From Clostridia bacterium (GTDB lineage: Bacteria; Bacillota; Clostridia; Oscillospirales; Acutalibacteraceae): a stretch of DNA of 64,000 nucleotides. A program made the position numbers and the translations under genes. Below are positions 17,901 to 26,453 of the stretch, in pieces. Each line of letters begins with the position of its first letter. Position 1 is the first letter of the stretch. The notes beneath the pieces were generated by a model. That model was not told where the DNA came from, did no database searches, and saw nothing but the letters and a program-made list of their open reading frames with translations. The stretch is from contig JAFYSE010000035.1 in NCBI GenBank assembly GCA_017546665.1, positions 5,425 through 69,424 on the forward strand. The letters are read 5' to 3'.

Positions 17901-19984
17901 ATGAACCAGTAGAAGTTCCAGCAATAAAAGAAGGTGTAATTGCTGGTGATGGTGGCGGAAATATCATTTGGACTTATAATGAAGTAACTGAAACTATGGA
18001 GTTTTTTGGTGAATTAGGGTTTGATTACTATGATGCAATTCAAGACACCACCGCTGATTCAGATGAGCGCCCATGGGGAGTTTATGGATGTTCTAGAATA
18101 CAATATGTTATTGTTCATGAGGGCATTACCGGCATTAACGATGAGACTTTTTATGGTTTCCGTAGCCTTAGATTGATTTCGTTACCTTCAACACTTCAAT
18201 GGATTTGCTCAGATGCTTTTAGAAATACTGGTAAATTTGCAACTAAATATAATGGCACAGAGGAAGAATGGAAAAAGATTGACGGCTATTATATTAATGA
18301 TAATATGTATTTCAATGGCAGTGGTGACGTTGTATTTTCAGGTACGCATGGTGATAATCTCACTTGGATATTTGATGAATCTAATAGCACGTTAACTATT
18401 TCAGGTAAAGGTGCGATGGAATCCTCTTTGGAATATCCTTGGAGCTTATATGCAGCAAGTATTGAAAATGTTGTAATTAAATCAGGTGTAACGTCAATTG
18501 CGTCAAATGCGTTTAAGACCGATGCTGCTACTCCTTATAATATAAAAAATGTTGAAATAGCTGATACTGTAACTAAAATAGGTAATCAGGCTTTTGCAAA
18601 CTGTGATTATTTAACAAGTGTTACAATTCCTGTAAGCGTAACAACAATTTATTCAACGTCATTCTATAATTGTGATGGTCTTAAAGATGTTTATTATTTA
18701 GGAACCGAGAAACAGTGGAATAAGCTTTCAATCGCAGTAGTAGCGGGTGCAGTATTTAACAACGCAACAATTCATTTTATAATATATGAAGGATTCTGCG
18801 GTGATAATCTCACCTGGATGTTTGATGGCACAACGTTAATCATTTCAGGTACAGGTGACATGTACGATTTTGACGTTGATTTTGGCGGATTCCCGTTATC
18901 TCCATGGGGAGATTTCATCGATGACATTGAATGTGTTATTATAGGTGATGGTGTAACAAGTATTGGCGATAGCGCATTCTTATATTGTAATAATCTTAAA
19001 TCAGTAAAACTTGGTAGTGGTCTCACAAAAATTGTTGATGATGCATTCTATTGGTGCTCAGCACTTACTGATATCACATTCCCTGAAAGTCTTACAGAAA
19101 TTGGTAGATACGCTTTCTATCAATGTGAAAACTTGTCAAGTGTTGTTATTCCTTTAAGTGTTCAAAAAATTGATTATGGTGCATTTCAGAGTTGTACTAA
19201 TTTGAAAGATGTGTATTACGAGGGCACAGAAGAACAATGGAAATCCATTTTAATAGGTAGGTCAAACAGACCACTCCTTAATGCAACAATTCATTATAAT
19301 TATGGTAAAACATTCACGGGTGTTAAAGGGGACTATTTCTACATTGACGATGTAAGACAAAAAGCATACCAACTTGTAGAATTTGAAGGCGATTTCTACT
19401 TCATCAACGATTCTCATAAGATTGCAAAGAATAAAACTCTTTATTTGAGTGATAGATTTGTAAATGGCTTTACTTATGAAGACGGAACACCATTACAACC
19501 CGGATATTATACCTTTGATGAAACCGGTAAGATGGTAATTCTCAACGGTCCTGTTGGTGACTATTTCTACGAGAACAACGTAAGATTAAAGGCATATCAG
19601 CTTGTAGAATTTGAAGGCGATTTCTACTTCATCAACGATTCTCATAAGATTGCAAAGAATAAAACTCTTTATTTGAGTGATAGATTTGTAAATGGCTTTA
19701 CTTATGAAGACGGAACACCATTACAGCCCGGATATTATACCTTTGATGAAACCGGTAAGATGGTAATTCTCAACGGTCCTGTTGGTGACTATTTCTACGA
19801 GAACAACGTAAGATTAAAGGCATATCAGCTTGTAGAATTTGAAGGCAACTACTACTTTATCAACGACTCACATAAACTTGCTAAAAACAAGAGGCTTTAT
19901 ATGAGTCAGAGATTTGTTGAAGGCACAGACCTTGAAATAGGCTATTACGAATTCGACGAAAACGGCAGAATGATAAAAGAATAA
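14969..19984 (+). CDS. Giant secreted BspA-type leucine-rich-repeat (LRR_5) protein with Cys-rich linker modules and C-terminal cell-wall-binding-like repeats
   Basis: Signal peptide MKKINQVLSIILAILMVMSTIPITATA. There are six modules that each start G.NL.W.FDE.TGTLTISG.G.M, run through IGxxAFxxCxxLxxVxIP repeats and end DVYY.GTEEQW...ATIH. TCxxxGYTxxxCxxCG modules lie between them. Three 76-aa repeats lie at the C-terminus. Confidence 0.85.
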   Translation: MKKINQVLSIILAILMVMSTIPITATAATATYSDVCGKNLIWTLDESTGTLTISGTGDMYDGEFSYPSWNANLVESVIISEGVTSIGELAFCYNTNIKNVSIADSVTDIGDEAFYNCTGLTDIVIGEGVTNIGYRSFYNCTGLTNIVIGTGVTSIGEFAFQKCSNLETVTIYNAVEEICEYAFNWCSKLTDVYYFGTESEWNAIKKATLLSKTGLENATIHFLGEETHECSYNAVVTPPTCTEQGYTTYTCICGDSYIDNYVDATGHSDNDDNGLCDDCGEVVNKLSGTYGENLTWSFDEITGTLTIFGEGAMDDDVYNYYGLPWKDFKYEIVNVVISDGVTSIGLGAFELCINVKNITIPDSVTIIGEWAFSNCDHITKVVIPEGVEEIGEGAFNHCDYLDTVVIPGNVKVLGDRVFGDCKKLANVTLGEGITNLGLYTFDDCINLTDIVIPESVTSLRGMNFAGCTNLKSITIPATLTGIGYGTFGDCINLQDVYYNGTEEDFLDIEAYGKNAPLFAATLHCESSNHTHNYVKVGEVAKTCEVDGYTQYACICGRSYKGDYVEALGHVYDDGVVTKNPTCDATGVKTFTCSVCGEGKYTEAIPKKGHNYDDGVVTTEPTCTTNGIKTFTCSNCGDKYTESIDKLTEHNYELIINLTPSETECVKNYKCTVCGDTYTETVNASGHTKVIVSEIAPTETQPGLTAGVYCSACDAVLLEQQIIPALGTTDDASNISSGTCGTKATWTFNKETGALTISGTGAMTAYKYNQAPQWDYLKSKIKSIVIKDGITAIGDYAFKGYTNLMYVSISDTVTQIGANAFAGCSSLVHITLSGNIYFIYASAFEGCSKLNSVTIGSNLMIINNKAFKDCNALTDVFYVGTEEQWNAISIVETGNSSIANAKVHYNTTEKQHYYTVFELEPTCTEAGYTKFVCECGDEYTVNYPALGHNLVETPVILPTTESVGYTKGEKCTYCNMVTDEPVEVPAIKEGVIAGDGGGNIIWTYNEVTETMEFFGELGFDYYDAIQDTTADSDERPWGVYGCSRIQYVIVHEGITGINDETFYGFRSLRLISLPSTLQWICSDAFRNTGKFATKYNGTEEEWKKIDGYYINDNMYFNGSGDVVFSGTHGDNLTWIFDESNSTLTISGKGAMESSLEYPWSLYAASIENVVIKSGVTSIASNAFKTDAATPYNIKNVEIADTVTKIGNQAFANCDYLTSVTIPVSVTTIYSTSFYNCDGLKDVYYLGTEKQWNKLSIAVVAGAVFNNATIHFIIYEGFCGDNLTWMFDGTTLIISGTGDMYDFDVDFGGFPLSPWGDFIDDIECVIIGDGVTSIGDSAFLYCNNLKSVKLGSGLTKIVDDAFYWCSALTDITFPESLTEIGRYAFYQCENLSSVVIPLSVQKIDYGAFQSCTNLKDVYYEGTEEQWKSILIGRSNRPLLNATIHYNYGKTFTGVKGDYFYIDDVRQKAYQLVEFEGDFYFINDSHKIAKNKTLYLSDRFVNGFTYEDGTPLQPGYYTFDETGKMVILNGPVGDYFYENNVRLKAYQLVEFEGDFYFINDSHKIAKNKTLYLSDRFVNGFTYEDGTPLQPGYYTFDETGKMVILNGPVGDYFYENNVRLKAYQLVEFEGNYYFINDSHKLAKNKRLYMSQRFVEGTDLEIGYYEFDENGRMIKE
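19328..19984 (+). repeat. In-frame tandem repeat, period 228 nt (76 aa), about 2.9 copies
   Basis: Copies start at 19328, 19556 and 19784. From cttgtagaatttgaaggcgatttc onward, copies 1 and 2 differ at a single base (ttacaaccc versus ttacagccc). Copy 3 is diverged and truncated. Confidence 0.9.
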
Positions 19985-19995
19985 TAAAATCACAA

Positions 19996-20030
19996 CAGGG
20001 ACGAAATTAAATGTTTCGTCCCTGTTTTTT
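19996..20030 (+). terminator. Intrinsic terminator of the LRR gene
   Basis: cagggacgaaa-ttaaatg-tttcgtccctg followed by tttttt. Confidence 0.85.
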
Positions 20031-20043
20031 AATAAATTTATCA

Positions 20044-20071
20044 TTGTATAATTTTATATTTATGCTATAAT
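20044..20071 (+). promoter_or_regulatory. Candidate promoter of the sulfatase gene
   Basis: TTGTAT-16 nt-(TGc)TATAAT, an extended -10. Confidence 0.45.
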
Positions 20072-20101
20072 ATCTTTATAAAATTATTTGGAGTTTTTAA
20101 T

Positions 20102-21400
20102 ATGAAAGATAATATAATTTTCTATTTTTCTGACCAACAAAGATATGATACTGCTAATGCAGAAATAATGCCAAACCTGATAGACCTTGCAAAAGATGGC
20201 ACATTCTTTGAGAATTGCTATACTTGTCAGCCTGTTTGTGGCCCTGCAAGAGCAAGCTTGCAAACCGGTGTTTATCCTACCGAATGTGGTTGTCATATAA
20301 ATGGAATACCACTTCGTGATGATGCAAAATCACTTGCAGATTATTTTAACGAAAATGGTTATGATACTGCATATATTGGTAAACTTCATCTCGCATCAGG
20401 TAAAAATGGTGGGGAAAATATCGCTTGTGAAAAAACTGCAATACCTGAAAATCGTCTTTGGGGCTATAAATATTTTCGCGGTGCAGACGTGCTTGAATTC
20501 ACATCTCACGGTTATGATGGTTATGTGTTTGACGAAAAAGGTAATAAGATAGATTTTGAGGGTTATCGTGCTGACAGAATAAATGATTTTGCAATAGAAT
20601 ATATTGAAAATCATAACGATGAAAAGCCGTTTTTTATGTTTATTTCACAGCTTGAGCCACACCATCAGAATGACCACGGCAGATTTGAAGGCCCAAAAGA
20701 AAAAGTGGATAAATATAAAAATCATCCCATACCTGAAGATTTAACACATTTAAAAGGCAATTACAAAGAACAATATCCCGATTATCTTGCTGCTATTGAG
20801 AGCCTTGATGATAATCTTGGCAGGCTCATTGATACGTTAAAGAAAAAAGGGATATATGATAACACAACTATTATATATACATCCGACCACGGTTGCCATT
20901 TCAAAACAAGAAATGCAGAATATAAACGCAGTTGTCATGATGCGTCAATTCATATTCCGCTTGTGATAAAAGGCAATGGATTTGAAAAAGGCAAAAGTGA
21001 AAATAAAATGGTGAGTCTTATTGATTTGCCACCAACCTTGCTTCATACAGGCTTAATATCTGCACCTGAATACTATCAAGGTGAGGCTTTGCAGACAAAA
21101 GTGGACTACGGCTTTGCATTTATTCAGATTAGCGAAAGTCAATGTGGTAGAGCAATAAGAACAAAGGATTATACATATTCAGTTTCTTGTGCAAAATTTT
21201 TGTCTTCTCACTCTAATATCTACTTCGAAGATTATTTGTACGATAATGAGAATGATAAAGCGCAAAAGAATAATTTAATTAAATCGAAAGATTATGAAAA
21301 CATAAAGAATGAATTAAAAACTCTTCTTTTAAATCAAATCGAAAAAATTGAAGGTAAAAGACCCAAAATTTTGCCAAGAATTATAACGAAAAAGAAATAA
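20102..21400 (+). CDS. Cys-type sulfatase (arylsulfatase family) with no signal peptide
   Basis: The N-terminal IIFYFSDQQRYD and the CGPARASLQTG sequence match the C-x-P-x-R-xxx-L-T-G formylglycine motif. SDHG lies in the C-terminal half. Confidence 0.88.
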   Translation: MKDNIIFYFSDQQRYDTANAEIMPNLIDLAKDGTFFENCYTCQPVCGPARASLQTGVYPTECGCHINGIPLRDDAKSLADYFNENGYDTAYIGKLHLASGKNGGENIACEKTAIPENRLWGYKYFRGADVLEFTSHGYDGYVFDEKGNKIDFEGYRADRINDFAIEYIENHNDEKPFFMFISQLEPHHQNDHGRFEGPKEKVDKYKNHPIPEDLTHLKGNYKEQYPDYLAAIESLDDNLGRLIDTLKKKGIYDNTTIIYTSDHGCHFKTRNAEYKRSCHDASIHIPLVIKGNGFEKGKSENKMVSLIDLPPTLLHTGLISAPEYYQGEALQTKVDYGFAFIQISESQCGRAIRTKDYTYSVSCAKFLSSHSNIYFEDYLYDNENDKAQKNNLIKSKDYENIKNELKTLLLNQIEKIEGKRPKILPRIITKKK

Positions 21401-21484
21401 TTGCAAAAAGTGTTGGTTAATTATTCAAAAATAGCGTAAAAACCACGGTTTACACAATAAAAATGAAATATTTTCACCAACTAC

Positions 21485-21513
21485 TTGCAAAAACATAATT
21501 ATTACTATATAAT
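21485..21513 (+). promoter_or_regulatory. Sigma-A promoter of the aminotransferase gene
   Basis: TTGCAA-17 nt-TATAAT, about 25 nt upstream of the GGAGG RBS. Confidence 0.55.
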
Positions 21514-21542
21514 ATATCGAATTTTATTTTGGAGGTCTTTTT

Positions 21543-22811
21543 ATGCTTTATAATCAGATGAGTAAAGAAGAACTTGTTTCACTTAAGGGTGAACTTGAAA
21601 AGAAATATGAAGAAGTGAAAAATCTTGGTCTTGCACTTGATATGTCACGTGGTAAGCCAAGCGCAGAACAGTTAGATTTAACTATGGATATGCTTAAAGT
21701 TATGACAACTGTTGAAGATTGCAAAGCAGAAAACGGTTTTGATTGCAGAAATTATGGTGTTCTTGATGGTATGCCTGAATGTAAAAAGGTTTTTGCAGAT
21801 ATTCTTGATGTTGATACTAAAAATATTATCATTGGTGGTACATCCAGCCTTAATCTTATGTATGACTATCTTAACCAATGTATGTTTTTAGGTGTTGCAG
21901 GTTGTGAGCCTTGGAGCAAACAGGGTAAGGTTAAGTTTATCTGTAATACACCGGGTTATGACAGACACTTTACAATTACAGAATTTTTTGGAATCGAAAT
22001 GATTTCAGTTGAAATGGATGAGTTTGGTCCTGATGTTGAAAAAATTGCAGAACTTGTTAAAGACCCAATGGTTAAGGGTATGTTCTGTGTTCCTAAATAT
22101 TCAAATCCAAATGGTGTAACTTATACTGATGAAAGAGTTAAGGCACTTGCTGCATTAAAACCTGCTGCAAAAGATTTCAGAGTTATCTGGGATAATGCTT
22201 ACATCATTCACGAATTAACAGATACTCCTGACGTTCTTATGAACATTTTTGAAGCTTGCAAAGAATTCGGCACAGAAGATAATTTCGTTGAGTTCACATC
22301 AACATCTAAGATTTCTTTCCCAGGTGCAGGTGTTTCTGCTATTGCAGCATCTGACAGTAATATTGCAGAAATCAAAAAGAGACTTAATTTCCAGACAATC
22401 AGCTATGATAAACTCAATCAGCTTCGCCATGTGAAATATTTCAAAAATGCAGACGGTGTTAAGGCTCATATGGACAAACACGCTGCAATTATGGCACCTA
22501 AATTCAATCTTGTTCTTGATATGCTTGAAAAAGAAATTGCACCACTCGGTATTGGTGAATGGGTAAAGGTTAAGGGTGGCTATTTCATTAGCTATAATAC
22601 TGTTGGAAGTAGTGCAAAGAGAATTGGTGAACTTTGCAAAGAAGCAGGTCTTGTTCTTACAACAGTTGGCGCAACATATCCTTATGGCGTTGACCCTGAA
22701 GATAAGAATATCAGAATTGCGCCTTCATTCCCACCGGTTGAAGATTTAAAAAAGGCAATGGAAGTATTCTGCCTTTGTGCAAAACTTGCTGCAGTTGAAG
22801 CATTAGTATAA
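21543..22811 (+). CDS. PLP-dependent aminotransferase (class I/II fold)
   Basis: 422 aa. LDMSRGKPSAEQLDL at the N-terminus and TSTSKISFPGAGVS, with the putative PLP lysine, are typical of this aminotransferase subgroup. Confidence 0.75.
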   Translation: MLYNQMSKEELVSLKGELEKKYEEVKNLGLALDMSRGKPSAEQLDLTMDMLKVMTTVEDCKAENGFDCRNYGVLDGMPECKKVFADILDVDTKNIIIGGTSSLNLMYDYLNQCMFLGVAGCEPWSKQGKVKFICNTPGYDRHFTITEFFGIEMISVEMDEFGPDVEKIAELVKDPMVKGMFCVPKYSNPNGVTYTDERVKALAALKPAAKDFRVIWDNAYIIHELTDTPDVLMNIFEACKEFGTEDNFVEFTSTSKISFPGAGVSAIAASDSNIAEIKKRLNFQTISYDKLNQLRHVKYFKNADGVKAHMDKHAAIMAPKFNLVLDMLEKEIAPLGIGEWVKVKGGYFISYNTVGSSAKRIGELCKEAGLVLTTVGATYPYGVDPEDKNIRIAPSFPPVEDLKKAMEVFCLCAKLAAVEALV

Positions 22812-22825
22812 AAAGGAGATTTACC

Positions 22826-23536
22826 ATGTCGAAGGTTACGGAAAAAGAAAATATTTTTGTTTCTGCCGTGATTGTTTCGGCAGGTAATTCAACCCGAATG
22901 GGTGGCATCAACAAACAATTTCTCGAAATAAAAGGAATGCCGGTTGTTGCTCGTACTATATCTGTTTTTGAAAAATCAGAACTCATTGATGAAATCGTTG
23001 TTGTTACAAGAGAAAGTGATATTGAAGATATTAAATCTCTTGCAAATCAATATGGTTTTAAAAAGGTAACAAAGGTTGTTAAAGGTGGCGAAACAAGACA
23101 ATTAAGCGTATATAATGGTGTTGTTGCAGCAAGTCATAATGCTGATATTATTGCTATTCACGATGGTGCAAGACCGCTTGTTTCTGACCGAGTAATTGCC
23201 AAAACTGTAAAAGCTGCTTCTAAGTTCGGTGCTGCTGCAACAGGTGTAAAGGTTAAAGACACTGTTAAGGTTGTTGATTATAATGATAACATTGTTGATA
23301 CACCCGACAGAACATATATGAGATTTATTCAGACACCGCAGGTGTTTAATAAAAAAATGTATCTTGACGCTGTGAATTCAGTAAAAAACAGTAAAGATTT
23401 TACTGATGACTGTAAGCTTTTAGAGGCTTATGGTAAAACTGTAAAATTCATTGATGGCGATTATGAAAACATAAAAATCACCACACCCGAAGATGTTGAA
23501 TTAGCAGAAAGCTATCTTAAAAGAAGAGGGGAATAA
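22826..23536 (+). CDS. ispD: 2-C-methyl-D-erythritol 4-phosphate cytidylyltransferase
   Basis: [26 protein letters not shown] is the IspD P-loop-like motif. It is followed by ispF. Confidence 0.92.
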   Translation: MSKVTEKENIFVSAVIVSAGNSTRMGGINKQFLEIKGMPVVARTISVFEKSELIDEIVVVTRESDIEDIKSLANQYGFKKVTKVVKGGETRQLSVYNGVVAASHNADIIAIHDGARPLVSDRVIAKTVKAASKFGAAATGVKVKDTVKVVDYNDNIVDTPDRTYMRFIQTPQVFNKKMYLDAVNSVKNSKDFTDDCKLLEAYGKTVKFIDGDYENIKITTPEDVELAESYLKRRGE

Positions 23537-23538
23537 TA

Positions 23539-24033
23539 ATGTTAAGAATTGGTCACGGTTATGATGTGCATCGTCTTGTTGAGGGCAGAAAGCTCATTCT
23601 TGGCGGTGTTGAAATTGACAATAATGGCATTGGCCTTTTAGGACATTCAGATGCAGATGTGCTTTTACACGCGATTTCTGATTCTCTTCTTGGCGCTTGT
23701 GCATTGGGTGACATAGGTAAACATTTTCCTGATACTGATGCAAATTTTAAAGATGCAGATAGTCTTGAGCTTTTGAAAAGAGTTGTTGAGCTTATTAAAC
23801 TCAAAGGTTTTAAAGTGAATAATATTGATGCAACAGTGTTGGCACAAGCACCTAAACTTGCACCATTTATTGATGAGATGAGAAATAATATTGCTGTAGC
23901 TCTCGGTGTTAGCGTTGACTATGTTTCTGTTAAGGCAACAACCGAAGAAAAGCTTGGTTTCACAGGTGCAAAAGAAGGCATTGCAGCACATTGTGTATGC
24001 CTTGTAGAAGAAAAAAAGATTAAATTTATATAA
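23539..24033 (+). CDS. ispF: 2-C-methyl-D-erythritol 2,4-cyclodiphosphate synthase
   Basis: [11 protein letters not shown]...[12 protein letters not shown]...[11 protein letters not shown] motifs. Confidence 0.95.
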   Translation: MLRIGHGYDVHRLVEGRKLILGGVEIDNNGIGLLGHSDADVLLHAISDSLLGACALGDIGKHFPDTDANFKDADSLELLKRVVELIKLKGFKVNNIDATVLAQAPKLAPFIDEMRNNIAVALGVSVDYVSVKATTEEKLGFTGAKEGIAAHCVCLVEEKKIKFI

Positions 24034-24036
24034 TTT

Positions 24037-24070
24037 TAAAAGGTCCATCAATGGTGGACCTTTTGTCATT
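24037..24070 (+). terminator. Intrinsic terminator after ispDF
   Basis: aaaaggtcca-tcaatgg-tggacctttt followed by gtcattttt. Confidence 0.7.
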
Positions 24071-24107
24071 TTTAAATTTTTTTCATAGAATAATCTGAGG
24101 TGTTTTT

Positions 24108-24326
24108 ATGAAAAGAGTAAAAATTAGATTTTCTTCTGTGACTCACGCCTTAAGTGCAAAAGAAATTATCAGCAAAAATGGAGGACGAGTTACAATGGGT
24201 AAAAATACAAACTATGGCAAAAATGAAGGTTGTGGATATTATCTTATAATTATTGGAGATGTTGAAAAATATACGAATTTGATTAAATTTAATAAAATTA
24301 AGGTAGTCGGAATTGATTATTTATGA
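24108..24326 (+). CDS. DUF3343 small protein (putative S/Se carrier-like)
   Basis: 72 aa with the FSSVTHALSAKE...EGCGYYLII pattern typical of DUF3343. Its stop overlaps the next start (ATGA). Confidence 0.65.
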   Translation: MKRVKIRFSSVTHALSAKEIISKNGGRVTMGKNTNYGKNEGCGYYLIIIGDVEKYTNLIKFNKIKVVGIDYL

Positions 24327-25465
24327 TATATCTCGACAATAGTGCGACAAGCTTTCCAAAACCTAAATGTGTAATCGATGCAGTCAATGAAGCAATGTTG
24401 AAATATGGTAATTATGGCAGAGGTAGTTACGAGATGGCACTTAAAACAACAGAAAAAATCTACGAGTGTAGAAAAAAAGTTGCTGAATTTTTTAATTCTC
24501 CGTCAACTGATGGTGTTGTTTTCACAAGTAATTGCACAATGTCAATTAATATGGCAATAAAAGGCCTTATTGAAAAGGGATGTCATTTTATAATTTCTGA
24601 TTTAGAGCATAATGCAGTAGTAAGACCATTAGAAACCTTAAAACAAAAGGGAATATGTGATTATAGTATTGCCAATGTTGAACCTTGTGTTTATAAAACA
24701 GTCCAAAATTTTGAAAGAGAAATAAAGAATAATACTGTCGCAATTATCTGTACTGGAGCGTCCAATGTTTTTGGCATAATCCCACCATATTCTTTAATTG
24801 GTGATTTAGCACATAGATATAGAATTAAATTTATACTTGACGCTGCACAAATTGCAGGTGTTAGAAAAATCAATATGATTAATGATAATATAGATATATT
24901 ATGTTGTGCAGGTCATAAAGGTTTATATGGTCCGACAGGAATTGGATTGTTAGTATTTAATGATGATGTTGTTGTATTAAATACAATTATTGAGGGAGGA
25001 ACAGGTAGCATATCTTCTAGCTATTTACAACCCGATTTTCTACCGGATAAATTAGAAAGTGGTACACCAAATATTGTGGGTATTATTGGTTTATCATCAG
25101 CGATTGATTTTATTAATAAAATTGGTGTTGATAATATATTCAAGCATGAGAAAACACTTATAAAATACCTTTACAAAAATATTTCAAAAAATAGAAATAT
25201 AAATGTTTATACTAATCATTTAGATGTTAATAAACCGCTTGTTCCGATTTTATCTTTGAATATCAAAGATTATGATAGTAATAAGGTTTCAGAATTATTG
25301 GGAGATGATGGAATTTGTGTAAGAGCGGGATATCACTGTGCACCATTGGCACATAAAAAATTTAAAACAGAGAATTTAGGTGTAATTCGTATTTCTCCGT
25401 CCATTTTTACTAAAAAAAATCAAATAGATTTTACAATTAATTCATTATTTAAAATTGCAAAATGA
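24323..25465 (+). CDS. Cysteine desulfurase-family aminotransferase (class V)
   Basis: IYLDNSATSFPKP at the N-terminus and CCAGHKGLYGPTGIG with the PLP lysine. Size and motifs fit the NifS/CsdA-like subgroup usually paired with DUF3343. Confidence 0.8.
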   Translation: MIYLDNSATSFPKPKCVIDAVNEAMLKYGNYGRGSYEMALKTTEKIYECRKKVAEFFNSPSTDGVVFTSNCTMSINMAIKGLIEKGCHFIISDLEHNAVVRPLETLKQKGICDYSIANVEPCVYKTVQNFEREIKNNTVAIICTGASNVFGIIPPYSLIGDLAHRYRIKFILDAAQIAGVRKINMINDNIDILCCAGHKGLYGPTGIGLLVFNDDVVVLNTIIEGGTGSISSSYLQPDFLPDKLESGTPNIVGIIGLSSAIDFINKIGVDNIFKHEKTLIKYLYKNISKNRNINVYTNHLDVNKPLVPILSLNIKDYDSNKVSELLGDDGICVRAGYHCAPLAHKKFKTENLGVIRISPSIFTKKNQIDFTINSLFKIAK

Positions 25466-25478
25466 AATTACTTGTGAT

Positions 25479-25549
25479 ACAATATATTGTGAATATGTAT
25501 ATCCGTGGAGGTTTGTCTTTTTATAAAACGGATATTTGCAATATATTGT
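25479..25549. promoter_or_regulatory. Two copies of the palindrome CAATATATTG flanking a hairpin, upstream of cdaA (candidate operator pair)
   Basis: ACAATATATTGT at 25479-25490 and CAATATATTG at 25539-25548, 59 bp apart. The tatccgt...acggata hairpin lies between them. Confidence 0.3.
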
Positions 25550-25577
25550 ATTTTTTATAAAGTGAGTGAGAGAAAAT

Positions 25578-26453
25578 ATGTTTGAAAATTTTAGTGAATA
25601 TTTTGAACAAATAAAGAGAGCGATTATCTCTTTTAATACCATAGGGGACTTGTTAGATGTTCTTTTAGTTGCGTTTGTTATATACAACGGTGTTAAATTG
25701 ATTCGTGAAACAAGAGCTATTCAATTAGCAAAAGGTGTTATTTTGCTTGGTGTTGTTTATTTCTTTGTTTCATTGTTTAATATGGAAACTAGTAAATACA
25801 TATTAAGCCTCGTTTTTGGTAATTTGTTAATTATTCTTGTTATTATTTTTTCTCCCGAAATTAGACATGCTCTTGAAAGCGTGGGAAGAAGTTCTGTTTC
25901 AAATATTAATTTGCTTAACTTCAAAAAACGTGATGAACAAGAACAAGAAGAATTCATCAAATCATCAATTAATGCGGTTTGTAAAGCATGCGGTGAAATG
26001 AGCGATAAAAATATAGGTGCACTTATTGTTTTTGAAAAAGAAACAAAATTGGGTGAAATTGCAAAAACAGGCACAAATATTGATGCTGTTGTTACAACGG
26101 AGATGATATCTAATATTTTCTTCCCAAAAGCTCCTATGCATGATGGTGCTGTAATTATTAAAGATGGAAGAGTTTCGTGTGCCGGTTGTATTCTCCCATT
26201 GACAAGTCGTGGAATTAGCAGTGACCTTGGCACAAGACATCGTGCAGCTATTGGCATGAGTGAGTCAAGTGATGCAATTGTTGTTATTGTTTCTGAGGAA
26301 ACAGGTGCAATTTCTTTTGCAAAACGTGGTGTTCTTAAAAGAAATGTTTCCGTAGGTGATTTGCGAGAGGTCCTTTCAAAGGAATTTATTAAACCTGTTA
26401 ATAAGGAAAATAAGATAATTAAGAGAAAAAACAGAGGTAATAAGGATGAATAA
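25578..26453 (+). CDS. cdaA: Diadenylate cyclase CdaA
   Basis: Three N-terminal TM segments plus a DAC domain (ALIVFE..., MHDGAVII, LGTRHRAAIGMSE.SDA..VVSEETG). The start may be GTG 25566 or ATG 25578. Confidence 0.93.
   Translation: MFENFSEYFEQIKRAIISFNTIGDLLDVLLVAFVIYNGVKLIRETRAIQLAKGVILLGVVYFFVSLFNMETSKYILSLVFGNLLIILVIIFSPEIRHALESVGRSSVSNINLLNFKKRDEQEQEEFIKSSINAVCKACGEMSDKNIGALIVFEKETKLGEIAKTGTNIDAVVTTEMISNIFFPKAPMHDGAVIIKDGRVSCAGCILPLTSRGISSDLGTRHRAAIGMSESSDAIVVIVSEETGAISFAKRGVLKRNVSVGDLREVLSKEFIKPVNKENKIIKRKNRGNKDE

Noticed and set aside
19328-19984. Regularly spaced repeats that could be mistaken for a CRISPR or other array.
   Set aside because: The 228-nt period has no unique spacers. 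The repeats are in frame inside a long CDS and encode a sensible protein repeat.
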